DNA from: Octopus vulgaris
Lineage: Eukaryota
NCBI GenBank assembly: GCA_951406725.2
Contig: OX597821.1
Coordinates: forward strand, 107,756,001 to 107,820,000
DNA: 64,000 nt
Direction of reading: 5' to 3'
Shown here: positions 1 to 14,311 of the stretch, piece by piece
Layout of the letters: the number at the start of each line of letters is the position of its first letter
Numbering within the stretch: the stretch's first letter is position 1
Notes under the pieces: model-generated
What the model saw: the letters and a program-made list of their open reading frames with translations, nothing else
The model's database searches: none
Told to the model about the DNA's origin: nothing
Made by a program: the position numbers and the translations under genes

Positions 1-285
1 CGTAAGCGAATCGAAGACCTTCTGCGATTCGCTCTGGATATCGATAATGGTTTTAAAACGGTGACCGTCGAGCTGCATTTTCATCTTGGAGAAGAGATGG
101 AAGTCCGCAGGTGCTCAACAGGGCGAATAGGCAGATGCGGAAGCGATACCATGTAGTTTTTTGGTAAGACACTCACGAATGGGAAGAGCTAGGTCACAGG
201 GTGCATTGTCGTCGGAAAGAATCCAAGACTTCGCGCTTCGGAGATCCGATCGTTTTCGCCAAATGTCTTCGGATATATTTGCAAT
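1..285 (-). mobile_element. Mariner transposase remnant (C-terminal part, decayed)
   Basis: Minus-strand translation gives WILSDDNAPC (cf. WILHHDNAPxH) and DFHLFSKMKMQLDGHRFKTIIDIQSESQKVFDSL, typical of the mariner catalytic C-terminus; frames are disrupted. Confidence 0.8.
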
Positions 286-733
286 TGAACGTTATTACGA
301 ATTATTCTTTTATCTGTTTCAGTCATTTAACTGCGGACACGCTGGAGCTTCGCCTTTGTGCTTGTACCTAAAGGAGGAGGGGGTGGAGGAGGAGGAGGAG
401 GAGGAAGAGGAAGAAGAGGAGGAGGGAAAAAAAGCAGCTTGAACAACATCAGTAATAAGAATGTACTTGAAGGAACAAATGACTTTCAGACCAAAAGAAA
501 TTTCGAAGAAAACCAAAGCTGCACTGAGCAACCACACACGAACAATGATATGTACGTATTGTTCGAACAATTACAATGATGTACAATGTATATATACATA
601 TATATATAGGGATGTATATATGTGAGTGCATATATACATACATATATGCATAGACAAATAAACAGATATAGTTATACTTAAGTATATTTTGGGTTACGAA
701 AATATGTATAAGTAATATATATTTATGGTTTTT

Positions 734-802
<69 letters not shown>

Positions 803-1736
803 ATATACATGTATATGTTTATGTATGTATGTATGTAAATAGCTAAGCAAGCTAAACAAACCATCAGAATTCATCATGTTACACTTCCAAACAGTTACAA
901 ATATTTACGCTTACGGAGTCAAGCAACAAACACATGTCTATAACATTCAATTAGGCATGGCAAATAAACAGTTGTAATCTCAGCGAAAATCTTCACTTAG
1001 CTATTCACATCATTGATTTCACTGAACGAAAGAATGCAAAATATTTTTTTCACAAAAAGCTTTGCAAAAACAAAAGAGAAACGTCTATACGAGCGCAGTG
1101 TCAAAATGGCGGATAACAACCACGACACAGAAATGGATGAAATGGCGTTGATTTCTGCTGCTGACGTAATATTATGACGTCATGGCACTGGTGGGTTTAT
1201 ATTTGTTCCAATAATTACCTGCGATTTTTTTCTTTGTTGAGTACTGTTTGGCTGTTTTCATTGTTATGTGTTTTTGTTTCCGTTGTTCTTGGTGAAGTTG
1301 CTTCTATATATTGCTTATGTTGTCACTCTACTCAACTTATCTCACTATTTATATGTATTCGTGCGTATGAGTGTCCGCGTCTATGTGTGTGTGTGTGTGC
1401 TTGCGTGTGTACATATATATATATATATACAGATGTATTGATAGATAAGCAGTTACATATATATATGGGAGACAGATTTGTATATGCATGGGTGAGTACG
1501 TACGTGTAAATATGTATATATGCATATATGTAATAGAATATATTTATCTATATATTTATATGTATATATATGTGTGTATACATATATGTATATTTATATG
1601 TATATACATTTACATGTGTATATATGCATATATATACATATGTATATACATGTATGCATATATATGTATATACCTTTACATATATATACATGCGTATGTA
1701 TATATGTGTGTATGTATGTATGTATACACATATATA

Positions 1737-1803
<67 letters not shown>

Positions 1804-2040
1804 TACATAAAGAGCAACAGATACAACGAAAACAAGAGAAGGGTCTATACATAAAAACTGTACCACATTCTCTACTTACTTAAATCTTAGGTGTTGCACA
1901 AATTACGTTTTCGAAGTTTAAGCAAAAGAATATTCTGTAGATAAAAAGAAGAACAATAAGGAGTCACGTAATAGCATTGATGATTATAATTCATACTACA
2001 GATACAACCCAAGACTCATTATAGCACGCTAAAAAACACA

Positions 2041-2084
<44 letters not shown>

Positions 2085-2252
2085 TGGAAAGTTCACGAAA
2101 AAAACAAAAGAGGAAGACAGGTGGTGTACTAAACAAACAGATAGAATAGAAAAAGTGTTTTACGTTTCGAACCTACGCTCTTCTACAGAAAGGGACACAG
2201 AAAAAACAAAAAGAGAAAAAATGTGTGCAGTGGCTAACGATCTATCATGGCG
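2085..2252 (-). mobile_element. Penelope-like pLTR unit with variant minimal hammerhead motif (2158-2191)
   Basis: Minus strand reads TTT-CTGTAGA-A-GAGC-GTAG-GTTC-GAAAC-GTA-AAA. The unit is homologous to 57365-57570 and lies between (TA)n and (TAGC/TAGA)n. Confidence 0.6.
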
Positions 2253-2264
2253 AGATAGCTAGCT

Positions 2265-2275
2265 AGCTAGCTAGC

Positions 2276-2327
<52 letters not shown>

Positions 2328-2344
2328 CAGACAGAAAGACAGAA

Positions 2345-2439
<95 letters not shown>

Positions 2440-2448
2440 AAGACAGAA

Positions 2449-2539
<91 letters not shown>

Positions 2540-2548
2540 AAGACAGAA

Positions 2549-2643
<95 letters not shown>

Positions 2644-2652
2644 AAGACAGAA

Positions 2653-2749
<97 letters not shown>

Positions 2750-2830
2750 CATACATACATACATACATACATACATACACATACATACATACATACATAC
2801 ATACATACATACATACATACATACATACAT
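2265..2830. repeat. Compound tetranucleotide microsatellite (GATA/GACA/CATA) with higher-order repeat
   Basis: Alternating (GATA)n and (GACA)n blocks with a recurring GAAAGACAGAAAGAC variant. Confidence 0.95.
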
Positions 2831-3001
2831 GCATAATATGGGTGGTTAATTTGCAATTTCACAACGGCAGAAAAATATACGTTACTAAAGTGAGAAAGGG
2901 CATCAATCTGCACGCTCCCGTCGACTTTCATTACACCACCCGTCTATCACCGTCTTCCTGCACAAACTAACTAGCCACGTGGGCAATAGTGGACATTCTA
3001 A

Positions 3002-3580
3002 GGTGGCGGGCTGGTAGAAATGTTAGCACGCCGGGCGATAGCGGTATTTTGGCTGCCGCTGCGTTCTGAGTTCAAATTCCACCGAGGTCGACTTTGCCGT
3101 CTATCCTTTCAGGGTCGATTAAATAAGTACCAGTTACGCACTGGGGTCGATATAATCGACTTAATCCGTTTGTCTGTCCTTGTTTGTCCTCTCTGTGTTT
3201 AGCCCCTTGTGGGTAGTAAAGAAATAGGTATTTCGTCTGCCGCTACGTTCTGAGTTCAAATTCCGCCGAGGTCGACTTTGCCGTCTATCCTTTCGGGATC
3301 AATTAAAGAAGTACCAGTTACGCACTGGGGTCGATATAATCGACTTAATCCGTTTGTCTGTCCTTGTTTATCCTCTCTGTGTTTAGCCTCTTGTGGGTAG
3401 TAAAGAAATAGGTATTTCGTCTGCCGCTACGTTCTGAGTTCAAATTCTGCCGAGGCCGACTTTGCCTTTCATCCTTTCGGGTTCGATAAATTAAGTACTA
3501 TCTGGGTACCGGGGTCGATCTAATTGACTGGCACCCTCCCGCCAAAATTCGAGCCTTGTGCCTAGAGTAGAAAAGAATAA
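3002..3580 (+). mobile_element. tRNA-derived SINE family B, tandem trimer
   Basis: Head GGTGGCGGGCTGGTAGAAATGTTAGCACGCCGGG with B-box GAGTTCAAATTCC. The body GCCGAGGTCGACTTTGCC...AAGTACCAGTTACGCACTGGGGTCGA recurs about every 186 bp; the third copy has a different tail. Confidence 0.9.
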
Positions 3581-4044
3581 TAGACTTTCTACTTTGCCCG
3601 CACCGTAAAAGCGCGCCAAAATCATACCGCCTAAGCTTTAAACAGTCGCGTGACCACGAAGAATTATTCTTTTTTTCGTCTTTGCTTTTAAAACCAGAGA
3701 ACAGAGTTCTAGTTCGCGTCGTATGAATGAGAAATATAATTTTTTTCGTTCGTAACAATATGTGTGTGTGCGTGTGTGTGCGTACACACACATACACAGA
3801 CACGCACACACATATATATACACAGACGTATTGATAGATATGCAGTTATATATATATCTCTAGGTGACAGATTTGTATATGGATGGCTGAGTACGTATGT
3901 GTAGATGCATAAGTGAGTACGTACGTGTAAATATGTATATATGCATATATATAATAGAATATATATATATATCCATATATTTATATGTATATATATATGT
4001 GTGTATACATATATGTATGCGTGCGCAACTCATATATATTCTTT

Positions 4045-4650
<606 letters not shown>

Positions 4651-4654
4651 TTTA

Positions 4655-5015
4655 CCTGCCAAGTTTATGCCAAAACTGCTTTCAGTTGCACAAGATCTCA
4701 TTGATTGTGTCGAGAACGATGAAAACTTTTTGAAAACTTTGCGTAGGCCTCTGCGCAAGTATCTCCAAGCTTTTACCAAAATTTGATGCAGATTCTGTGC
4801 TCAGCTTTCTCTATCATATCAATGTGACGATCCCACGCTACACAACTTCCTCCCAAGCACTGCTGTAAACAGCGGAAGCAAACTAAAACGTTAAAACTTA
4901 GTGCACGTGCACAGCAGATTTCAAGGTCAATCTGTGCCAAGCGGCGTTACACTGCGTGCTTTAGCTTCGTTACTATGGAAACAGCCAGCCCAGATACTTA
5001 TTAATCAGACTAGTA
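4655..5015 (+). mobile_element. Internally deleted mariner remnant
   Basis: Peptide AKFMPKLLS..VAQDLIDCVENDENFLKT resembles the mariner linker (AKWVPxLL...FL); it ends in a TIR-like GATACTTATTAATCAGACTAGTA. Confidence 0.55.
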
Positions 5016-5037
5016 CATACGCATACACATAAAATAT

Positions 5038-5269
5038 ATATTTCTTTACTACCCACAAGGGGCTAAACACAGAGGGGACAAACAAGGACAGACAAACCGA
5101 TTAAGTCGATTACATCGACCCCAGTGCGTAACTGGTACTTAATTTATCGACCCCGGAAGGATGAAAGGCAAAGTCGACCTCGGCGGAATTTGAACTCGGA
5201 ACGTAACGGCAGACGAAATACGGCAACGCATTTCGCCCGGCGTGCTAACGTTTCTGCCAGCTCGCCGCC
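5038..5269 (-). mobile_element. SINE family B, full length
   Basis: Reverse complement of the unit at 6289-6508. Confidence 0.9.
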
Positions 5270-6215
5270 TATACACATAAAATATATACATGAATTTATA
5301 CACACATGCATACCTCAACACATGCTTTAACAAACTCATGAAACACATACATATATCAAAGTAATGTTGTAGTTATATTGTTATCTAAGATGAAAATCCC
5401 ATTAAAAAAATAAATAAATCTATGCTGAACACTTCGGTGAACGAAATAGATTCCATTGTCTTAAACTTCGTGATTTTCATATCATCTTTTTAGATCTGAG
5501 CAGCTTTCTGTTTTACAAATCTCCTTGCAAAAAATTGTGAAAGACAAAAAAAAAAAACAAAAAACAAAAAACAAAAAAAGAAGAAAAATTCAATGTATAA
5601 AAATGAAAGAAAAAAAAAAAGAAATGATAAAACTAAATAAAAAAAAATATAAAAAGGAGAAGACTGAGAAGGAGCAGAAGAATGAAAAGAAGAGGAAGAG
5701 GAAGAAGAAAAAGATGATGATGATGATGATGATGATGAAAATCAAGGAAAAGGAGAAGAATGAGTATGAGAAGAAGAAGGAGAAGAAGAAGAAGAAGAAG
5801 AAGAAGAAGAAGAAGAAGAAGAAGAAGAAGAAGAAGAAGAAGAAGAAGAAGAAGAAGAAGAAGAAGAAGAAGAAGAAGAAATCGTAATCTATTTTCGAAA
5901 GATTTCCTAGAATTTCTGGTGCCATTCTTATTGGTTTATTTAATCAGAAACCAAATATTTTGGAGCAAAATTACTTCCATGGCCGTTCTTCTTATTTTCG
6001 TATCTTGATGCTTTCATTAATTATTACTGATTGTCTTTCTTGGTTGAGCTCTTCAGACATGAATTAGTAAACAAGACAAGGAAGTAGAGTGATACAAATA
6101 AATAAATAAATAAATAAATAAATAAATGAATAAATAAATAAATAAAAATTAAAAATAATTTATATGAGCAAAACATTTAAAAAAAAGAACGGAACATGCC
6201 CACACATAATACCCA

Positions 6216-6285
<70 letters not shown>

Positions 6286-6288
6286 CAT

Positions 6289-6508
6289 GGCGGCGAGCTG
6301 GCAGAAACGTTAGCACGCCGGGCGAAATACGTAGCCGTTTTTCGTCTGCCGTTACGTTCTGGGTTCAAATTCCGCCGAGGTCGACTTTGCCTTTCATCCT
6401 TTCGGGGTCGATAAATTAAGTACCAGTTACGCACTGGGGTCGAATTATTCGACTTAATCCGTTTCTCTGTCCGTCTGTGCTTAGCCCCTTGTGGGTAGTA
6501 AAGAAATA
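6289..6508 (+). mobile_element. SINE family B, full length
   Basis: Runs from GGCGGCGAGCTGGCAGAAACGTTAGC through GGGTTCAAATTCC to the tail GTGGGTAGTAAAGAAATA; inserted in (TA)n. Confidence 0.9.
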
Positions 6509-6520
6509 TATATATATATA

Positions 6521-6554
<34 letters not shown>

Positions 6555-6780
6555 CGTACATACACAAACGCATCCATCCTTCCATACATACATACATACA
6601 TAAAGTAAAGTTAGCTTTAGACAATCAAGATTTTGACTAAGTTTTTAACTCCATCATTATTTTAATCTTATTCAATCTCTATCACACACACACACACACA
6701 CACACACAACCACAGACTCATTTATGTGAGAATGAACACACATGTTTGTGTATATATAATTGCATGTGAGTATACATGTA

Positions 6781-8060
6781 CGAGGGATGTATGAAAAGTT
6801 TTGTGCCTAACCTAGAAACGGGGCTGCTGGATAGCTGAAACAATTTTTTTCTGCTAAGTACCGTCTTTTCGGAGTGTTCCTGTTCATTTTCATGATTCTG
6901 ATTTTTTTCTTTTTTTTTTTTTTGCAGATTTTTGAATAAATTTACGTTACAAAGAAAATGGAGAAAACTGAGTATCGTGCTGTCATAAAGTACCTTTATT
7001 TGAAAGGCCTGACTTCATCAGAAATCCACAAAGATATGATGAGAAACTTAACAGGCAATGTTCCTTCATATACAACAGTCAAACGCTGGGTAAATGAATT
7101 CAAGCGTGGCAGAGAGAGTGTGGAAGACGATCTCAGAACAGGGAGACCTCCAACTGCAACCACCAAGGACAACCTTGACTTTGCTCTTGGTATGATAATG
7201 CAAGATCACCGAATATTATGTCGTCAGATAGTTGAGAGACTGGGCATCTCAACTGAAAGAGCAGACAACATTGTGACAAAAGAACTTGGATTCTCAAAGG
7301 TTTCTTCAAGGTGGGTCCCTCACTTTTTGACTCCTGAACAGAAATGCACCAGGTGCACTTTGTTCACGAGCAATCTGGAACTGTTTGAAGCCGATGAATG
7401 AAATTTTCTTGCTCGTTTCATTACTATGGACGAAAGATGGGTTCATCACTACCAGCCTGAAACCAAAAGAACAATCAAAGCAGTGGAAGCACGCATCTTC
7501 CCCTTCCCCAAAGTTGGCCAGGGTCATTCCTACAGCTGGCAAAGTCATGGCGTCCGTTTTGGGGGATTCCCAAGGTGTCTTGCTGATCGATTACCTTGAA
7601 AAGTGTCACACCATGTCAGGGCTGTATTATTTATTCTCAGCTACTGAAACGCCTCCGAGAAGCAATCAAAGAAAAAAGTCCGGGAATGCTCACCAGAGGA
7701 GTCCTTTTTTTCATCGCGATAATGCTCCAGCCAACGCCTCAGTGGTTGCCATGGCAACAATTTGTGATTGTGGATATGAACTTCTTCCCCATCCATCTTA
7801 ATTGTCAGACTTAGCCTCCTCTGACTCATCTATTCCTAAAAAGGAAAAAAAAGCATTGACAGTGACAATGACGTCATAGACGCTGTAGAAAGTTTCTTGT
7901 AGTCTCAAACAAGAGTTCTTCTGCGCTGAGATAATGGCGCTTCAGCACCGCTGGAGAAAGTGTTCAGCCATCAAAGGGGACTATGTTGAAAAATAAATCA
8001 TCAGAAGTCTTGTACCATGTTTTTTTTTTTTGAGGATCAAGACTTTTCATACGCCCCTCG
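6781..8060 (+). mobile_element. Full-length mariner DNA transposon (1280 bp)
   Basis: TIRs CGAGGGATGTATGAAAAGT / ACTTTTCATACGCCCCTCG, TA target duplication at 6779-6780 and 8061-8062, internal transposase. Confidence 0.95.
6958..7996 (+). pseudogene. Mariner (DD34D) transposase, frameshifted
   Basis: HTH N-terminus (YRAVIKYLYLKG...VKRWVNEFKRGRESVEDD), WVPHFLT linker, TMDERWVHH, RDNAPAN, SDLASSD and a GDYVEK* end, spread over several frames. Confidence 0.93.
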
Positions 8061-8072
8061 TAGATAGGAAGG

Positions 8073-8391
8073 AGAACTCCGTCGGTTACGACGACGAGGG
8101 TCCCAGCTGATACGATCAACGGAACAGCCTGCTCGTGAAATTAACGTGCAAGTGGCTGAGCACTCCACAGACACGTGTACCCTTAACGTAGTTCTCGGGG
8201 ATAATCAGCGTGACACAGAGAGTGACAAGACCGGCCCTTTGAAATACAGGTACAACTCATTTTTGCCAGCTGAGTGGACTGGAGCAACATGAAATAAAGT
8301 GTCTTGCTGAAGGACACAACGCGTCGCTTGGAATCGAACTCACGACCTTACAATCGTGAGCCGAATGCCCTAACCACTAAGCCACGCGCCT
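8073..8391 (-). mobile_element. tRNA-derived SINE family D (tail shared with family C)
   Basis: Head GAGGCGCGTGGCTTAGTGGTTAGGG...GAGTTCGATTCC, centre TGTGTCCTTCAGCAAGACACTTTATTTC, tail ...CGTCGTAACCGACGGAGT; CGTAGATA is duplicated on both sides. Confidence 0.88.
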
Positions 8392-8737
8392 CGTAGATAT
8401 ATAGATATCGATAGACATACAGATAGATAGATAGATAAGTGTGGGAGCGTGCGTGCGTGTGTGTGTGCGTAGCACAATTTGCAATCACGTGATTTCGGAA
8501 TCAGTTCCATGGCGCGGCATCTTCGTCAAGTACCTTTTATTACAGTACCATTTATTACTGACCATTCCCTCGTAACTGAATGTGGACACGGAAAACTGTT
8601 ATACAGTAATCCCTCGACTGTCGCAGGGTGTTACGTTTCAAAGCCACGCAGCGATAGGTGAACATCCGCGAAGTAGGGACAAGCAGCAGCGGCAGTAGTA
8701 GTAGTTGTAGTAGTGGTAGTAGTAGTAGTAGTAGAAT

Positions 8738-8869
<132 letters not shown>

Positions 8870-8979
8870 CAGTAGTAGTATGAAAATTTGGGAGGTTCAT
8901 AGATGCTTTTAAACTACCAGAGATAAAGAAAATAAAAGAAACAGAGCGCAAATCACTCCCCTGATGATGCTGCTGCTAC

Positions 8980-9020
<41 letters not shown>

Positions 9021-9223
9021 ATGATCATGATGATGATGATGATGGTAATGGTAGTGTTGTTGATAATGATGATGGTGATGATGATGATGACGATAGTGAT
9101 GATGGTTACGGTGGTGGTGGTGGTGATGGTGGTGATGAAGATGATGAAATTTCGTTTCTCCAAATACTTATTCGGGGTTATGGAGTGTACAATATTCATA
9201 TAAACAAACATACACTTCAGTAT

Positions 9224-9284
<61 letters not shown>

Positions 9285-9973
9285 CACCTATAACACAATA
9301 AAGCGCGCGCGCACACACGCACATACATATCTAGCACACAGACATTCTTTCTCTCACTATCTATATCATATGCATATAAGATATGAAGATGTGTGTGTAT
9401 GGGTGAGTGTGGGTGTGTATATATGTATATTTATATATATATATATATGTATATATACACAAATGTACGAGCATATACATATGTACATATACATACATAT
9501 GCATGTATATATGTACGTGTGTGAGTGTGTGTGCGTGTGTGTGTGTAACACATGTACACTAGTGATTCTCGAGATTAGCAGGTGTTTTCCTTCGCCCAGA
9601 CTCTTCCACCCACATCTCACCCTTTCTAGGCCTCCACCCGTTTTACTCCTCTCACCCCGATGTCATGCAGAAACTTTGAACGGGTGTTACCAAACATCTA
9701 TGAACTTAGCCATCATCAAACTGGCATCAGGCAATAAACATACATACATGCTTATATACATACATACTTATATACACACATATATACTTCTATACATATA
9801 TACACAATTTCATACATACACACATGTATACATAATTCCGTATATATGCACATATACGTTTATATATGCATATATTGGCACACACACACACACACACAAA
9901 TTCATCCATATATGCGTATAAATTTCAATGTTATATATTTATATATCTACATGAATCTATCTATGTATATATA

Positions 9974-10028
<55 letters not shown>

Positions 10029-10553
10029 CATATATACATATATACATACAGATATTTATACTTATATATATACATATATACATATATATGTACACATATA
10101 GTTCCGCATACGTGTTTTTACAGACATACGCATGCACACACGCGCACACATACAGACACACACCCATACATGTACACACACATATATATATATACATGTG
10201 TGTCTATGTTTGTATGTAGGCACTTAGACGGTCGAGAAGAATGACTAACAAGACAAGGATGGCGGCTGAGACACAGAAAAGCACGTGCGCCTTGAATGTT
10301 AAGCCTTTAATCGTTAATCTTACTCACATAGAGATACAACAACTGCGCACTCACACAAAATCACACGCAAATACTATCACACACACACACACATACATAC
10401 TTGATTGTATGTACACGTACACACACACACACACACACGTATATATACCTCATACACTTCATTCCTGTATACGTTGTGTGTATATTTATAGCTCTATAGT
10501 CATATATATCAAAAAACACATTTATTAAAGGTGGAAACTGTGCAGAAGCAGTA

Positions 10554-10603
<50 letters not shown>

Positions 10604-10654
10604 GTATAACACACACAAATATATATATATATATATAATATAAATATAACTTAG

Positions 10655-11436
10655 TATAACTTTGAAAGGTTTTGGCCAGTATTGGCCCAGGCCATGCCTA
10701 ACTTAATAGCACCACCTGGCGAAGTCTTTCAATTCAAGATTTGGGCACCAAGGCCCATTCGAGCAGAGAGTTATTGTTTGCGGAGACATATCCGGGTGTG
10801 GGTGGTTTGTCCGGGACTGTTTGAAGGAATTTGTCCAAAGACTTCTTGAATTTTGTGTGGTGAGTTTCTGTTTTGACGTGTCCTGATGTAATGTTGAAGA
10901 GAGCGGGTCCAATTGAGGTGAAATAATTGTGCCGTATTGTTGTTATGAGATGCGATTTAGATTTTTGTTGTGGACAGATGGCACGAGGTCCAAGTCTTGG
11001 ATGTATTTTGAAGGTGATACCAACATCATTTGGACAGTGCTGATGGAATATTTTCCACATCATACAGATAATGTAGCGTTCACGGCGTCGTTGGAGTGAA
11101 TACAGTTTCAGCTCCAGTAGTCGAGGTCTGACATGCCATCTACCTTTTTCATGATTGACCTTTGGGGAGCCTCAACTTTCATAATATTCCGTTTCGTGTA
11201 GGGAGACCACAGTGGACGGTAGTATTCAAGGTGAGGTCGGGCAAAAGTGGAGAAGAGAAGGATAATGGTGTGGGAATCTCCCGACTGGAAGGTTCTGAGA
11301 ATCCAGGAACACATTCTGCGGGCCATGTCAACTTTGCTGCTTATATGTGTAGCCCAGCTTATGTTGTTGTCCACAGTTACTCTCAAGTCTCTGATGTTGT
11401 TAGATGCCATGAGAGTTTCACCAGAAGGAAGGGAAT
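10655..11436 (-). mobile_element. CR1-group LINE, 5'-truncated 3' end
   Basis: RT C-terminal/thumb peptides IRDLRVTVDNNISWATHI, RPHLEYYRPLWSPY, LDYW and FKKSLDKFLQTVPDKP, followed by a 3' UTR; paralogous to 51517-52298. Confidence 0.9.
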
Positions 11437-11561
11437 ATATATATATCTACATTTATTTTAAACAATTACAAGTTTTTCAAATTTAGATGCATTTTCAACA
11501 ACAAATTTGCCTATATTATTTCCTGCGTGAAAATACACCCCCACTTTTATTATATATAAAT

Positions 11562-11660
<99 letters not shown>

Positions 11661-11812
11661 AAGTTTGGGGTTTAGTTCAGAGGTAAACGATTAGGTACGC
11701 TAGGTAAGTGGTGTAACGGATTACTAGGGATCCATGTTTATAGCCGAGACGGTAGTTATGGAACCATTCCTGAATTCCGATGCAGCGAATATATAATTGT
11801 TAAAGAGGACAA

Positions 11813-11870
11813 CAAACATAAAGGCAAGGCAAACATAAAGGCAAGGCAAACATAAAGGCAAGGCAAACAT
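11813..11870. repeat. 17-bp tandem repeat (AAACATAAAGGCAAGGC) x3
   Basis: Direct reading. Confidence 0.9.
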
Positions 11871-11905
11871 CTCAAGTCGTATACATTTTTGCAATAATAA
11901 TAATA

Positions 11906-11980
<75 letters not shown>

Positions 11981-12037
11981 TATATATATATATATATATA
12001 TAATGTATACATATATATAATGTATATATATATATAT

Positions 12038-12352
12038 GTTGTTGTTGTTGTTGTTTGTACGTTGTCGACTCCTGCTTGGATCATAATAGCCGGTTTCCTG
12101 GTTTCATTGGCGTATAAGTTCCCTACCTGGATGAGAAGCCGGTCCGTCACAGGTGAGCTGCTGGGTGCAGGAGGAAAGGGTGAGAGAAAGTTGTGGCGAA
12201 AGTGTCAACAGAGGTTCGCCATTACCTTCTGCCGGAGCCGCGGGGAGCTTAGGTGTTTCGCTCGTAAATACACATATCACCCTGTCTGAGATTTGAACCG
12301 GCGAACCCTCGACCTCGAATCCGCTACTGTAACCCCTAAGCCATGTCCCCCC
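12038..12352 (-). mobile_element. SINE with family-C centre and a different tail ending in (CAA)n
   Basis: tRNA-like head with GGTTCAAATC; centre GAGCGAAACACCTAAGCTCC...CACAACTTTCTCTCAC as in family C; distinct tail. Confidence 0.8.
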
Positions 12353-12402
12353 CACACACACACAGATACACACATAAACATACACAAACACACATATATA
12401 TA

Positions 12403-12790
12403 TTCTTTTACTTGCTTCAGTCATCTGCCTTCGGCCATGCTGGAGCACAGCATTTAGTCGAAGAAATCGACCCTAGAATTTTTTCTTTGTAAGCCTAGTA
12501 CATATTTTACCGGCCATCTTTGCAGAATCGCTACACACACATAGAAATACGCACACACATTCACGGACACACACACACACACATTCACAGACACACATAC
12601 ACACACACACACACACACATGTTTGTATATAAATCTGTAAACCACTTACGCACATAGTTTCCGTCTTCACAATTCACTCGCAAGAATATTACTGGTCTCC
12701 CAGCTATAACAGACGACATTTACCCAATGTACCGAGCAGAGGGACTGAACCCGGATCTATATTGTTGCTAAGCGAGCGTCTTAACCACAG
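12403..12790 (-). mobile_element. SINE family A, diverged
   Basis: Family A tail and head motifs around a (CA)n tract. Confidence 0.75.
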
Positions 12791-12812
12791 GCTTTAAGGC
12801 TCCCTTTCTATT

Positions 12813-12852
<40 letters not shown>

Positions 12853-13054
12853 AATTATTTAATGATTTCATTTCATGTAAGGAAGCTGGCCTCTATCCAA
12901 GGTAAAATTATTAAATAATCAAACAAATAAATAAATAATAAGAATGTAAAATAAAAGAGATGTCTAGGCGTGGCATGTAGGAGCTGGCATGGCTGTATGG
13001 TAAGAAGTTTGCTTGTCAACCACAAGGTCTGAGTTTATTCCCATTCTTTTCTTT

Positions 13055-14076
13055 TCTACTCTACGCATAAGGCCCGAAATTTTTGTGAAGGGAGCCAGTC
13101 GATTAGATCGACCCCAGTACGCAACTGGTGCTTAATTTGTCGACCTTGAAAGGACGAAATGTAAAGTCGACCTCGGTGGAACTTGAACTCAGAACGTAAA
13201 GACAAACGAAATACCACTATGCATTTTGCCCAGCTTGCTAACGTTTCTGCCAACTTACCGCCTTAAATATTGTTTTTTACTCTAAGCACTAGGCCCGGAA
13301 TTTTGAAGGAGGGGGCTAGTCGATTAGATCGACCCCAGTACACAAATGCTACCTAATTTATCAACCTCTAAAGGATGAAAGGCAAAGTCAGCCTCGGCGG
13401 AATTTGAACTCAGAACGAAAAGACAAACGAAATACCGCCCGGTGTGCTAACATTTCTTATTTCTTTATTGCCCAGAAGGAGCTAAACATAGAGGGGACAA
13501 ACACGGACAGACAAAGGGATTAAGTCGATTGCCTCGACCCCAGTGCGTAACTGGTACTTAATTAATCGACCCCGAAAGGATGAAAGGCAAAGTCGACCTC
13601 GGTGGAATTTGAACTCAGAACATAGACAGACGAAATACTACCCACAAAGGGCTAAACACAGAGGGGACGAACAAGGACAGACAAAGGGATTAAGTCGATT
13701 ACATCGACTCCAGTGCGTAACTGGTAGTTATTTAATCGACCCCGAAAAGATGAAAGGCAAATTTGACCTCGGCGGAATTTGAACTCAGAACGTAACGTCA
13801 GACGAAATACCGCTATGCATTTCGCCCGGCGTGCTAACGTTTCTTATTTCTTTATTGCCCAGAAGGGGCTAAACATAGAGGGGACAAACACGGACAGACA
13901 AAGGGATTAAGTCGATTGCATCGACTCCAGTGCGTAACTGGTAGTTATGTAATCGACCCCGAAAGGATGAAAGGCAAAGTTGACCTCGGCGGAATTTGAA
14001 CTCCGAGCATAAAGACAGACGAAATACCGCTAAGAATTTCGCCCGGCGTGCTAACGCTTCTGCCAACTCGCCGCCT
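13055..14076 (-). mobile_element. SINE family B tandem array (about 5 units)
   Basis: Repeated AAAGGATGAAAGGCAAAGTCGACCTCGGCGGAATTTGAACTC units in head-to-tail order. Confidence 0.9.
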
Positions 14077-14311
14077 TGTGGTATAACACATATTGAATGC
14101 TTCATATCAAACTTCAAACGATCTTTGACATGTTGCTATCTCTTGTGCAAGTCTTTTTTCTAGTCGAATTAGTCATTTCGCATTTCAGGATGTCGTTGCT
14201 TTTCCTATATCACGACAGAGTGACTAGTTTGTATTGAGATTAGTTTTAAATTCGATGACACTGTTATACTTCTTTTCAATACATTTTCAACATATTAACA
14301 ATTATAAAAAA

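Noticed and set aside
6958-7996. Domesticated SETMAR-like gene
   Set aside because: It has TIRs, a TSD, frameshifts and stops, and no SET domain.
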